From positions 1 through 64,000 of the IMG/VR virus record IMGVR_UViG_3300045988_175328: a stretch of 64,000 nt of DNA; one strand, 5' to 3'. Below, in pieces: positions 54,635 through 64,000 of the stretch. A model generated the notes under the pieces. It did not search any database, had not been told where the DNA came from, and saw only the letters and a list, made by a program, of their open reading frames with translations. The DNA is from a virus. A program made the translations under genes and the position numbers. Within the stretch, counting starts at the first letter, position 1. Every line of letters starts with the position of its first letter.

Positions 54635-56694
54635 TGAATATTTTAAAAATATTAGAGGCCGATACTAGCAAAAAAAAGAAAGACAATTCTAGTATTCGAT
54701 CTGTAATTAAAAGTACTAAAGCTGCAGTGGTTGGGATTATGAATCGATTCTCTTCTAATGGAGGATCAGATCCAGGATCTAGAAATTACGATCTTGCTAA
54801 AATAAAAAATGCTATAGTAACTGATAGTTATTTAGCAGTAAGTATTCGTAAGTTCTCCCAATTAATTGCAAAGGGCGGCTATCAGTTAAAATCAAAAAAT
54901 GAAGATGCCGCCGATTATTTAAAAAAACGAATTCATATTATCGAGTATCGATCTAAAATTCCGTTCGATACTTTGATAACTTCTATAGCGAGAGACTTGT
55001 GTTCTTTCTCGAATTCGTATATAATTAAAACGAGAGATAATAATCTTTCTAAATTTGAATTAGAAGGTGAGCCTATTTTCTCTGGAGGAACGATATCTGG
55101 ATTATTCTTATCCGATCCATGCAACACAAAAATAGTACGAGATGATGATGGTTATATCTCACATTATGAAGTTGGGAATAAAGAATATCCGGCGCAAGAT
55201 GTTGTTCATATCTATATCGATAAAAATAATAACTCAGACTATGGCACTTCAAGAATTTATCCTATTCTTGAAGATTTAACTATGCTCAGAAAAGCTGAAG
55301 GATTAGTTATGTCTATATTGTATCGTTTTGCGATGCCAATCCTCCAGATTAAAGTTGGTAATGTTGCTGAAGGGCAATATGCTACAGACAAAGAAATTAA
55401 TGAAGCAAAAGAAGCGTTTGAAAATCTTTCAAATGATGGATTTATTGTTACAAATGAACGTACCGAAATTAAATCTATCACTCCAGATATGCAAGCAAAT
55501 CAATTGCTTAATTTTTTGCAGTATGCAGAAAATCGTGTATTTACAGGACTTAATACTTCTATTAGTATTATGGGTCGTGGCGGCACACAAAAAAGTGCTG
55601 ACAACACGGATGTTCAAATGCACGATGAAATTAAATTTTTGCAAAAGACAATTTCTTCATTCTTAGAGAAATATTTATTCTCTGAAATATTAATGGAAGG
55701 CGGATTCAATCCATTAATTGAAACAGATGATTATGTTCATTTTGCATTCAATGAAATTAATGTCGATACAAAAATTAAATCAGAATCTCATACAATTCAA
55801 AAATATCAAGGCAATGTTATTTCTTTAGCTGAAGCAAGACGAGAACTTGGATTCGATAATGAAGTAAAAGAAGAAGATATGTATGCTTTCACTGTTACTC
55901 ACAAATCGAAAGAAGAACTTATCGATGCACAAGCTGATGCGACTATTAAAGTTGCTAAATACCAAAATTCAGTTCAATCAGATACTTCATCAGAAGATAA
56001 AACAAATCTAGACGAACGGAAATTTAATGGTAAGAAAAAAGATATAAAGCCAAATAAATTCTTTAAAAATGATGCTCAACCTGAAAATCAAAACACGAAA
56101 AATGTTAAACTCTCAGAATCGTTAGAAGATAATTTAGCCTCTTTTGAGGAAAATTTTCCAACGATATATGGTAGCTATAAAAATCTAAGTAATATACTGC
56201 CAGAATTTTCGCCCAGCGTATTCGTCGACGCAGAAACAGATTTAGTTAATGCTCTTTTAAAAGACCTAACTCCATTTGCAGAAAATGGGATTGAAAATTA
56301 TATAGCGAACAACATCACTAATACTAACCAAATGGCTGAAATTGATTTCGGCGAGATTGAAGCTCATGCTTCAGAAACAATACATAAGATATTAAGTGAT
56401 TTACAAGATCGCTTATCCAATAATCAAGATACGGTGTATATCGAATCTTTGTTGTCAAAGATGGAATATAGAATCCGTTTCATGGCAGACATGATGGGCA
56501 AAAAAGCCTATTGGTTTCACTACATTTCCCAAGCAAAATTAGATGGTGTAAAAACTATTAATATTGACTTTGGAGAGAGTGAACACCAAAATGGACGATA
56601 TACACATCTTGCAACTGACAATATAAAATTCGAAGATATTCCAGCTTACTCCCCGTACTGTAAGTGCGGGATTAAACATATTTTGAAAGGCTAG
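54634..56694 (+). CDS. portal protein (putative)
   Basis: 686 aa, located between terminase and prohead protease. Assignment rests on size and position only. Confidence 0.5.
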   Translation: MNILKILEADTSKKKKDNSSIRSVIKSTKAAVVGIMNRFSSNGGSDPGSRNYDLAKIKNAIVTDSYLAVSIRKFSQLIAKGGYQLKSKNEDAADYLKKRIHIIEYRSKIPFDTLITSIARDLCSFSNSYIIKTRDNNLSKFELEGEPIFSGGTISGLFLSDPCNTKIVRDDDGYISHYEVGNKEYPAQDVVHIYIDKNNNSDYGTSRIYPILEDLTMLRKAEGLVMSILYRFAMPILQIKVGNVAEGQYATDKEINEAKEAFENLSNDGFIVTNERTEIKSITPDMQANQLLNFLQYAENRVFTGLNTSISIMGRGGTQKSADNTDVQMHDEIKFLQKTISSFLEKYLFSEILMEGGFNPLIETDDYVHFAFNEINVDTKIKSESHTIQKYQGNVISLAEARRELGFDNEVKEEDMYAFTVTHKSKEELIDAQADATIKVAKYQNSVQSDTSSEDKTNLDERKFNGKKKDIKPNKFFKNDAQPENQNTKNVKLSESLEDNLASFEENFPTIYGSYKNLSNILPEFSPSVFVDAETDLVNALLKDLTPFAENGIENYIANNITNTNQMAEIDFGEIEAHASETIHKILSDLQDRLSNNQDTVYIESLLSKMEYRIRFMADMMGKKAYWFHYISQAKLDGVKTINIDFGESEHQNGRYTHLATDNIKFEDIPAYSPYCKCGIKHILKG

Positions 56695-56705
56695 ATAGAC
56701 CAAGA

Positions 56706-57914
56706 ATGCAAATCAAAGAAATACTTGGCTTTAAACCTTCTCAAGAGGAATCATCGAATGAACCGAATGAAACTGTTGAAAAGAAGACTCACGGCATAGT
56801 TGTTGAGATTGAAGCTATTCATTCTGAACCATATGTAACTGGCAACTCTACTATCTATACAGTAAAAGGCATTCAGGAGTCTATTCCTAAATGGACAAAG
56901 CCATATAACATCCCGGTCATCAAACATCATAATGATAGCGATGGCGATATTATTGGTCGCGTTATTGATGCAAAAATTAAAGATAGTGTACTGGTGCCAG
57001 GAACAAAAGCTTTAGTATTAACAGCCGATATTATCGAATCTGAAGCTAAAGAAGGTGTCAGAACAGGTCTACTACAAACAGTAAGCATAGGCGGAAGAAC
57101 TAATGACGTTAGATGTTCTATCTGCGGCGCAGATATGAAAAACGATCCATGCAATCATGTGCGTGGTCAAGTCTATGAAGGTCAAGTTTGTACTTGGATG
57201 ATCAATGATGTAACACCTGATGAGGTTAGTTATGTTATTGTACCATCGGATAAAAACGCTAAGAATATTAAAATACATTACGATGACAGCATTGATGCGA
57301 AAGTATCAGAAAATGCTGGAAATGTGAGGGAAGCTCAAACTGAGCTTCCTGATTTCATTAAAGGAGAAGAAGAAGTTTCAATTTCTGAATCTCAGAAAGA
57401 AGAAACTGAAGCTAATATGGAAAAAGAAACTCAAACACCAGAAGATGTTAAAACAGTTCCAGAAAAAGCAGATGATGTTCAAGTAAAAGAATCTGAACAA
57501 GAACCTGCTATTCAGGAGCCAGGTGTTGCGGGCGAAGAAATTAAATTAAAAGAATCCATTGAAGATTTACTTCAAAAAGTAAATGCTATTTCTATGGAAG
57601 TAATTTCTTTACGTCAAAGCTTAACTCAAGAAGTCTCTGCTGTTAAAGAACAAGCTGAAACTTTAAAAGAAAGCTTAGCGACAACTGATAAAAAAATCGA
57701 AGATTTTAAAACTTCTAGCAAAGCTGAATTAGAAGAAGCAGTAACAACTGTTAAAGAATCTTTGACACAAAAAATTAAAAATACAGAACTCACTAAACAA
57801 GATGTTCCAAATCCAGTTGTTGAAAAACAATCTGAACCGCAAAAACAAGAAGATGTTAAATTACAAGAACAATTGAAGCCTTTATCTGACTTCAGTCGTT
57901 ACTTTCAAAAATAA
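56706..57914 (+). CDS. prohead serine protease (HK97/S78-like) fused to a scaffold-like acidic coiled-coil C-terminus
   Basis: PVIKHHNDSDGDIIGRVI (His) and GLLQTVSIGG (Ser) fit the prohead protease pattern. The C-terminal half is E/K/Q-rich and helical. Confidence 0.55.
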   Translation: MQIKEILGFKPSQEESSNEPNETVEKKTHGIVVEIEAIHSEPYVTGNSTIYTVKGIQESIPKWTKPYNIPVIKHHNDSDGDIIGRVIDAKIKDSVLVPGTKALVLTADIIESEAKEGVRTGLLQTVSIGGRTNDVRCSICGADMKNDPCNHVRGQVYEGQVCTWMINDVTPDEVSYVIVPSDKNAKNIKIHYDDSIDAKVSENAGNVREAQTELPDFIKGEEEVSISESQKEETEANMEKETQTPEDVKTVPEKADDVQVKESEQEPAIQEPGVAGEEIKLKESIEDLLQKVNAISMEVISLRQSLTQEVSAVKEQAETLKESLATTDKKIEDFKTSSKAELEEAVTTVKESLTQKIKNTELTKQDVPNPVVEKQSEPQKQEDVKLQEQLKPLSDFSRYFQK

Positions 57915-58004
57915 GGACTAATTATTAAGTAATTTATTTTATAAATAAAAGCGCAAATAAGTGGACAAATATATATTATATTTCTTGTTTACACTTGCTT
58001 AATA

Positions 58005-58231
58005 ATAGGTTTCGAGCCTTAGTGACTGCTACTATCGAAAGATATGTTGCAGATATGAACTACGTTATGGAAAAGGTTAAAGACACACCTTTAGATGTGC
58101 TCGTCAGTCTGAAGCTCTGTGAATGCCAATCAAGAAACTATGCTAATGTCCTGCATAGATAACAGAGAAACATACATACCCTCCACGACATTGGCAAGAC
58201 GAAAAATGCTCCGAAAGGAAGGTCTCCAGAG
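58005..58231 (+). ncRNA. candidate IscB omega RNA (HEARO-like) scaffold; 5' limit uncertain
   Basis: ~230-nt structured non-coding region directly abutting the iscB start. CTGC..TATC-GAAA-GATA..GCAG, AAGGT/ACCTT, CTATGC/GCATAG nested in the long-range pair TGCCAAT/ATTGGCA, and a terminal CTCC-GAAA-GGAAGG. Confidence 0.55.
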
Positions 58232-59470
58232 ATGGAAAATAAAATTGAATATTGCTTTGTAATTGATAAAGATAACCAACCATTAGCGCCAACAAAAGTG
58301 AATAAGGGATGGTATTTAATTAGAAAAGACAGAGCAAAATTAAAGTCTAAATACCCTATGGTAATTCAATTAAAAAAAAGAGTTAAATTTGATAAAAATG
58401 ACAAAAGTTGCATAGTTTGTGGTATAGATGATGGTTCTGTACATGTTGGATTAGCTATTGTACAAAAATGTTCTACTAAAAATAAGGTAGTATTTAAGGG
58501 AACTATCGAACAACGTCAAGATGTAAAACATAAAATAGATTCTAGACGTGGATATAGACGTTATCATCGTTATCACAAAAGACATAGACAAGCTAGATTT
58601 GATAATCGTTCTTCTTCTAAAAGAATTGGTAGATTGGCTCCAAGTATTAAACAAAAGAAAGATGCTATTTTAAGAGTACTGTATCAATTAAATAAATGGA
58701 TAAACATTAAAGAATATTATCTTGAAGATGTTTGTATAGACATTCGTGCAATGACAGATGGATATAAACCTTATAAATGGCAGTATCAAAAATCTAATCG
58801 TTTGGACGAAAATCTTAGAAAAGCTGCTATTATTCGTGACAATTCCAAATGTCAAGAATGTGGAAAATCTAATTGCATATTAGAAGTACATCATATACGC
58901 GCAAGAAGATATGGTGGAGCAAATACTATTGGAAACTTAATCACGCTTTGTCCTAAATGTCATCAAAAAACAGAAGGTAAGGAACGAGATTTTGAAGATA
59001 AATACTTCAAAATTATTGGTTTTAAACCTAAGCGATTTGATTATGCAATGCATGTTATGCAAGGCAAGAATTATCTCAGAAAGAAAATATCCGAATTAGG
59101 ATTGTTGCATTTAACTAATGGCGGCAAAACTGCGAATAAAAGAATTGAATGGAATATAGAAAAATCTCATAGTAATGATGCGATATGTATTACAAATAAT
59201 ATTCCAGATTCTTGTAATCTAAAAGAATGGATTATTAAGCCAATGCGAAGAAAATCAAAAGCAAAAACTAATAATGTATTAGGAATTAAGCATAGGGATT
59301 TAGTTTCTTATATATATAGAAATGGAGAAGTACATACAGGCTATGTTACGGCTTTATATCCAGAACAGTTAGCTTTAAATTTTCAATCAAAAACTAAACA
59401 TTGCAAAAAAGTAAATGCACGAAAATGTAGATTGCTTTGGCAGTTTAGTAAAATTTATTGGCTAGAATAA
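58232..59470 (+). CDS. iscB: IscB RNA-guided nuclease (PLMP-like N-terminus, split RuvC, bridge helix, HNH)
   Basis: [13 protein letters not shown] (PLMP-type), Ruv[15 protein letters not shown], Arg-rich bridge [22 protein letters not shown], Ruv[39 protein letters not shown], Ruv[13 protein letters not shown]. Confidence 0.85.
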   Translation: MENKIEYCFVIDKDNQPLAPTKVNKGWYLIRKDRAKLKSKYPMVIQLKKRVKFDKNDKSCIVCGIDDGSVHVGLAIVQKCSTKNKVVFKGTIEQRQDVKHKIDSRRGYRRYHRYHKRHRQARFDNRSSSKRIGRLAPSIKQKKDAILRVLYQLNKWINIKEYYLEDVCIDIRAMTDGYKPYKWQYQKSNRLDENLRKAAIIRDNSKCQECGKSNCILEVHHIRARRYGGANTIGNLITLCPKCHQKTEGKERDFEDKYFKIIGFKPKRFDYAMHVMQGKNYLRKKISELGLLHLTNGGKTANKRIEWNIEKSHSNDAICITNNIPDSCNLKEWIIKPMRRKSKAKTNNVLGIKHRDLVSYIYRNGEVHTGYVTALYPEQLALNFQSKTKHCKKVNARKCRLLWQFSKIYWLE

Positions 59471-59517
59471 TATTATATATATTTAAGAGTATTTTTTTTA
59501 AGGAGATATTGTAAACA

Positions 59518-61113
59518 ATGGCAAATCGTCCATGGGGTTATGGCCCTACAAAATTATCATTAGGTAGTGACGGAAAAGTCTTTAAATCTAATGGCTTCGA
59601 AAGCTTAAATGGCACAGAACGTCGTGTAACTCGTACTGGCGTTCGTTTAAATACTGCTAACCATGATACTTCCAATATTCAATATTGGACAGATTCTCGT
59701 TTGCCAGTATTGTTCCGTTACAACTATGCAGAAATGTACAACCAAATCGTTATTCCAAAAGGACGTATGGTTGCAGTAGATGCTGATGTTAAATCTAAAG
59801 CTGAAAATCCTGAAATTTTCTTAAACGTTTTAACTTTAGCAAATGGTGGATCTCCAGTTCGTTTGCGTAAAATGACTGACGTATATCCAGCAGCCGCTCC
59901 TGATGGTATCGTTTCTGCAGATGGCGCAGCTAAACCTTTAGCTAATACAGACACAGAATGGACTCCAGTAGCTGCTGATGCATATACTGAAAAATATTAT
60001 AAACCATTTGCTAATGGTGGCAATGAAGCTATCATGAAAGCTAATGCATTAGAAAAAGATGAATTCACTGGTTTAGTTAAAAAAGATGGTAAACCAGTTC
60101 TTGATCATCGTGCAGGTAACGTACCAGTAGGTATGTTAGTTCGCAATGAATATACTCGTGATGAAGATGCATTCAATGGCATGATGCCAGGTGCAATTAA
60201 AACTGATATCTTAGTTGAACTTCCTCACTTCTTACATAAAGATAAAGCTGAACTTAACCCATGGGGTTCTGTTTATGGTAAATTAGTTCCTGGCGACTTA
60301 GTAAAATCTGATGAAAATGGTCGTATTGTACGTTCTCCATTATCTGACGAAGCAGAAGTTGCTAAAATGAATATGGTAGAATACCATAATGAATTACGCC
60401 AAGTAATTGGTCAAGTACATGAAGTATCTCCTAACTTAGTTCCAGCTGGTTCTACTAAATGGGCTAAATGGGCTGTTTCTGATATGGAAAACTTTGTAGA
60501 ATATGACAATGGCCAAGGCTATGGTTTCACTAACCGTCGTGGCGAAGATATCTATGATGTTCCAGCTTACTATCGTAGCATGGATGGTTATGAATATAAC
60601 GAATTATATAACGAACATGATTTAAACATGACAGCTGGTAATTCTAAATTAGATGTTTATGATTCTCGTTTTGGTGCTAAATATGAATATCCTGGCATCA
60701 TTGGTTTAACTGATGGTCGCAACGTAGCTAAATCTGAACGCAAAGATGTTGTTTTAGGATTCATGCAAGCAGCAGCTCCTAATCAAGAATATGTTGACTT
60801 TAACTTCCGTGTTCCAGATCGTTTCGTAGAACCTAATACAACTCAAATTTCCTTGGGTGGCGGCGCTTATACTCCATTAACTGTTGGTGCTGTTCTTAAT
60901 AACGCTTTCCAAGTAGTTTACTACAATCATCAAAATGGCTTAATTCGTTTACGTGTTACTGATAAAGCAGCAGCTACTGCAGCTATCGCAGCAGGTAAAG
61001 AAGGTCGTTTAGAAGTTAAAGTATCTTATATGAAAGCAGGTTTAGCTGGCGTTCCTACATTTATGGATTGGGACGGTTGCGTTGGTTCTGCTAAAATTTT
61101 GTTACAAAAATAG
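59518..61113 (+). CDS. abundant virion structural protein (second capsid/decoration candidate)
   Basis: 531-aa ORF with a TAAGGAGA RBS. Codon usage is visibly shifted (CGT, GGT, GCT, TTC, TCC), like the adjacent capsid gene. Confidence 0.4.
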   Translation: MANRPWGYGPTKLSLGSDGKVFKSNGFESLNGTERRVTRTGVRLNTANHDTSNIQYWTDSRLPVLFRYNYAEMYNQIVIPKGRMVAVDADVKSKAENPEIFLNVLTLANGGSPVRLRKMTDVYPAAAPDGIVSADGAAKPLANTDTEWTPVAADAYTEKYYKPFANGGNEAIMKANALEKDEFTGLVKKDGKPVLDHRAGNVPVGMLVRNEYTRDEDAFNGMMPGAIKTDILVELPHFLHKDKAELNPWGSVYGKLVPGDLVKSDENGRIVRSPLSDEAEVAKMNMVEYHNELRQVIGQVHEVSPNLVPAGSTKWAKWAVSDMENFVEYDNGQGYGFTNRRGEDIYDVPAYYRSMDGYEYNELYNEHDLNMTAGNSKLDVYDSRFGAKYEYPGIIGLTDGRNVAKSERKDVVLGFMQAAAPNQEYVDFNFRVPDRFVEPNTTQISLGGGAYTPLTVGAVLNNAFQVVYYNHQNGLIRLRVTDKAAATAAIAAGKEGRLEVKVSYMKAGLAGVPTFMDWDGCVGSAKILLQK

Positions 61114-61128
61114 GAGCTATTTGAGCAA

Positions 61129-62346
61129 GTGAAACTACAAGAATTTATCCAAGACAATTTGGCACAACGAGAAATTGCTCGTAAAGCCGGTTTAGAACAA
61201 AATCTTTCTCCTGAAAAAATCACGGAGTCTTTGAAAAAATATGATATGTTATCTGATGTTGTTGGTAAATTAAACAACATGAGCTTAACAGATAAAAAAT
61301 TTACAATCCGCGAAACTATTAATACAACTGATGTTGTAGATTTAGTACCTCGCATTATCGAAACTAAAATGATGGAAGCTGAAGATGAAGCTTCTATTAT
61401 TTCTCCATTCTTCACAAAAATCCAAGCAGGTAACTCTAATGGTACAGTAGTTGTTCCAATCATCGGCGAATTGCAAGCACATGAAGTTGGTGAAGGTACT
61501 ACATACAATGAAGAGAATGTAGAAATTACAACAATGCAATATACCAACTTGGAAATCCGTCCTAAAAAAATCGGCTTAAAAGTATCTATTACTGAAGAAG
61601 CGATTATGGATTCCTATTGGGATATCTTTGCAGCTAACATTAATAAAATTGGTTCCGCGATGGCTCGTTATAAAGACGAATGGTGTGCTCGTGAATTCTC
61701 TACTCATGGTCATACAGTATTTGATAACAGCTTAGCAGTTCAACAACCTGGTGCAGCTACAAATGGTTTAGGCGAAGACAGCTTACCAAATGGCACATTG
61801 TCTGTTGAAGACTTTATGTCTATGTGCTTATCCTTAATGACTAACGACAAAACTCCAACTGATGTAATCATGCATCCATTGTGTTGGTTAGTATTTGCTC
61901 GTAATGCTATGGTAGGCCAAGGTATGACATTCGGCGCAGCTGGTGCTATGAATGTACATCCATTTGGCGGTACTCAAGGTACTCCAGGTTTTGCTGGTTT
62001 ACAAAATAATATGGGTCCACAAAAATTTGTATTGACTCCAGATCAAGTTAGATTTAACTTGCCAATGCCTATCAATGTATTGTTGAGCCCTCGTGTTAAA
62101 TTCGATAAGAAAAACAAAACATTTGATATGTATGTAATCGATCGCAACAACATTGGTGCTATCGTTCAACGTGAAGATTTGTCCATTGAAAAATGGTCTA
62201 ATCCAGAAACTGACGTTCGTTTCATCAAAGCAAAAGAACGTTATGGTATCGGCATCATGGATAACGGTCGTGGTATTGCAGTAGCTAAAAATATTGCAGC
62301 TCTTCCAAGCTATCCACGCCCAGCAGTTGTTCGTGTTACAGAATAA
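61129..62346 (+). CDS. major capsid protein (HK97-fold type, putative)
   Basis: 405 aa with a helical N-terminal delta-like region. Highly expressed-type codon usage, position after the protease/scaffold gene, strong terminator downstream. Confidence 0.55.
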   Translation: MKLQEFIQDNLAQREIARKAGLEQNLSPEKITESLKKYDMLSDVVGKLNNMSLTDKKFTIRETINTTDVVDLVPRIIETKMMEAEDEASIISPFFTKIQAGNSNGTVVVPIIGELQAHEVGEGTTYNEENVEITTMQYTNLEIRPKKIGLKVSITEEAIMDSYWDIFAANINKIGSAMARYKDEWCAREFSTHGHTVFDNSLAVQQPGAATNGLGEDSLPNGTLSVEDFMSMCLSLMTNDKTPTDVIMHPLCWLVFARNAMVGQGMTFGAAGAMNVHPFGGTQGTPGFAGLQNNMGPQKFVLTPDQVRFNLPMPINVLLSPRVKFDKKNKTFDMYVIDRNNIGAIVQREDLSIEKWSNPETDVRFIKAKERYGIGIMDNGRGIAVAKNIAALPSYPRPAVVRVTE

Positions 62347-62370
62347 CAATAACTTAAAATAAAATATTAA

Positions 62371-62400
62371 GGGGGAGCACATGCTCTCCCTTTTTTCTTT
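62371..62400 (+). terminator. rho-independent terminator
   Basis: GGGGGAGC / GCTCTCCC stem followed by TTTTTTCTTT. Confidence 0.8.
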
Positions 62401-62418
62401 ACATAGAAAGGAAACACA

Positions 62419-62946
62419 ATGGCAGCAATTGCAGTAATTAAACTTGCCGATGGCGAGGTTACTTATTATGATCCTAAAACAGGAATTCGTTTAACGCAAG
62501 GATCTCCATATGCGACAATTGATGAAACTATGGACATCACAAATATTCGTAAATCTGTTCGTTTAGGTCGATTATCTTTGGTGCAAGGATTACTTCCAGC
62601 AGCAAATCAAGGATATGATAAAATTGTAGATCGTATTATTAAATCCACAAAAGAAGAAATTGATTCTGGCGTGCCTTTGAAAGATTTTGATGAAGAAGCA
62701 GCCTTGCGCGAAGCTGATGCTCAATTGGCAGAAGTTCAAAAAGAAATCGAATTAAAAGAAAAAGAAACATCTGTGCTAATTGAAGATGAGCTTATGAAAG
62801 TCGAAGCTGAGATTACAGAAGAAGATCCGATTACATTACAACCTGTTCATCAAGATGGACTTAGCTTAGACATTATTGACGAAGTAGAAGAAGAAAAAGA
62901 AGAAACTAAACCTTCTAAAAAAGGTCGTCCTTCTAAAAAGAAATAG
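62419..62946 (+). CDS. hypothetical structural-module protein with an acidic centre and a basic tail
   Basis: 175-aa ORF with a GAAAGGAAA RBS. Confidence 0.55.
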   Translation: MAAIAVIKLADGEVTYYDPKTGIRLTQGSPYATIDETMDITNIRKSVRLGRLSLVQGLLPAANQGYDKIVDRIIKSTKEEIDSGVPLKDFDEEAALREADAQLAEVQKEIELKEKETSVLIEDELMKVEAEITEEDPITLQPVHQDGLSLDIIDEVEEEKEETKPSKKGRPSKKK

Positions 62947-62954
62947 GTAAGTAA

Positions 62955-64000
62955 ATGTATAAAGAATTTGCCTTAGTAGATTTAGAAGTTAACCCTACAG
63001 AAAAAACAGTTAAATTCTTTTTTACTTCCAATGTTGATCCTGATTCTATCAATACTAAAACATTAAATATGGTTCACGGCGAGTCTCAAGAGATTTACCG
63101 ATTAAAATATACAGTATCTAAAAAAGTAGTTATCGTAAGAGTACTCGATGATATTGTCCCGAATGAAGAATATCGTTTTAATATTAATAAATTAATTAAA
63201 GATATTGCCGGAATTTCATTACAATCTTCTTTAATTAGAAACGTATTTTTTAATACTAAGATATATTCGAATACAAAAATTCTTTCGCCGGCAAATCATG
63301 AACTTGTAACTGGACCTATTACTATTGAATGGCAAGAGATTCTTAAGGATAAACGTAGAAAACCAATTCTACAATATCGATTGCAAATTAGTACTGATAT
63401 TGTCTTTAATAAGATAGTTGTAGATACAACGGTTTCTAATAAACAGACTTTAACGATTCCTTCGTTCGAGAAGCCATTGCAATATTTTGCACGTATTCGT
63501 GTAGAATCAGATGGCGAGTTTGGCAAATGGTCAGAAACAGTGACATTTACTTACGATACTTCTGATCGAATTAAAAGCGAAGCCGAAAAGGCTGAAGAGA
63601 ATCCTCATAAGATTACGCCTGTAAGTATCTATGCGCCATACAATTACAAGCGAGATATGCACAACAATAAGAGCAATTTAGATCATAATCCAAGTTCTTC
63701 TTGTGGCATGTCTCGAGATGAAATTAATAGTGCAACTCATACATTAACTCCTGTTGACCCAAATGCAGCAGCATCTTCTGCAGTTATGACACCGGAACTT
63801 TTAAAAGATGTATTAAAAGATACAGGGCGAAGATCTGCAACAACAGTTAGACTTGCTGACGGTACAACTATCTCGAAGGCAACTGAAGGAGAAGCAGGTG
63901 TTATTGTCGATGAGTCAGAAGAAGGATCGATTAAACCAATTGTCATCCAAGAACTAAAAGTATTAAAGCGTCCTCAACAAGGAACGTCCGATGCTTTTGT
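62955..64000 (+). CDS. hypothetical protein with an FN3/Ig-like segment, 3'-truncated by the window edge
   Basis: Read by hand from ATG 62955 to the window end with no stop (absent from the track because it is open-ended). ITIEWQEI...YRLQISTD...ARIRVESDGEFGKWSETVTFTY resembles an FN3-type repeat. Confidence 0.6.
   Translation, partial: MYKEFALVDLEVNPTEKTVKFFFTSNVDPDSINTKTLNMVHGESQEIYRLKYTVSKKVVIVRVLDDIVPNEEYRFNINKLIKDIAGISLQSSLIRNVFFNTKIYSNTKILSPANHELVTGPITIEWQEILKDKRRKPILQYRLQISTDIVFNKIVVDTTVSNKQTLTIPSFEKPLQYFARIRVESDGEFGKWSETVTFTYDTSDRIKSEAEKAEENPHKITPVSIYAPYNYKRDMHNNKSNLDHNPSSSCGMSRDEINSATHTLTPVDPNAAASSAVMTPELLKDVLKDTGRRSATTVRLADGTTISKATEGEAGVIVDESEEGSIKPIVIQELKVLKRPQQGTSDAF

Noticed and set aside
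1090-55666. Alternative-frame + strand ORFs nested in larger genes (1090-1284, 2471-2653, 20163-20345, 32945-33151, 35195-35491, 54066-54263, 55328-55666).
   Set aside because: They are fully embedded in better-supported reading frames and have low-complexity translations.
851-63946. All minus-strand ORFs in the track (e.g. 851-1249, 3992-4402, 16922-17311, 29942-30361, 61026-61547, 61999-62382).
   Set aside because: Each lies antisense inside a longer, motif-supported + strand gene or inside an intron. None has an RBS or recognisable motif. They are typical shadow ORFs of AT-rich DNA.

Overview
This 64-kb, AT-rich window is coded entirely on the + strand; every minus-strand ORF in the track looks like a shadow of a + strand gene. 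Gene content suggests part of a large virulent-type phage of a low-GC Gram-positive host (inference). The first ~46 kb is a replication, recombination and nucleotide-metabolism region. It holds ClpP and ClpX, SSB, a ThyA-family enzyme, a RecA-like recombinase, Rad52-like and Gam-like proteins, UvrD- and SNF2-type helicases, a DnaG-type primase, a DnaE-like polymerase, class Ib NrdE/NrdF, dUTPase and a kinase-phosphatase-ligase RNA repair enzyme. From ~46.5 kb a morphogenesis region follows: large terminase, portal, prohead protease/scaffold and capsid proteins. The main finding is a dense load of self-splicing and selfish elements. (1) clpX is split by a 1.8-kb IStron-like element, a group I ribozyme core followed by a TnpB RNA-guided nuclease gene and a structured 3' end. 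(2) The recA-like gene is split by two ORF-less group I introns. (3) The large terminase gene carries a 190-aa mini-intein in its P-loop plus three intervening sequences. Two are clear group I introns, one of them with a second degenerate core; the third lacks the family signature. (4) A free-standing IscB nuclease with a structured upstream omega (HEARO-like) RNA region sits between the prohead protease and the capsid genes. No TnpA transposase is visible. Other items: a 1.1-kb non-coding block with a long palindrome and iterons, a tRNA-like gene with a defective anticodon stem, and two consensus-promoter / structured-RNA / terminator units. Intron boundaries come from protein reconstruction and the U/G splice rules and are approximate where stated.
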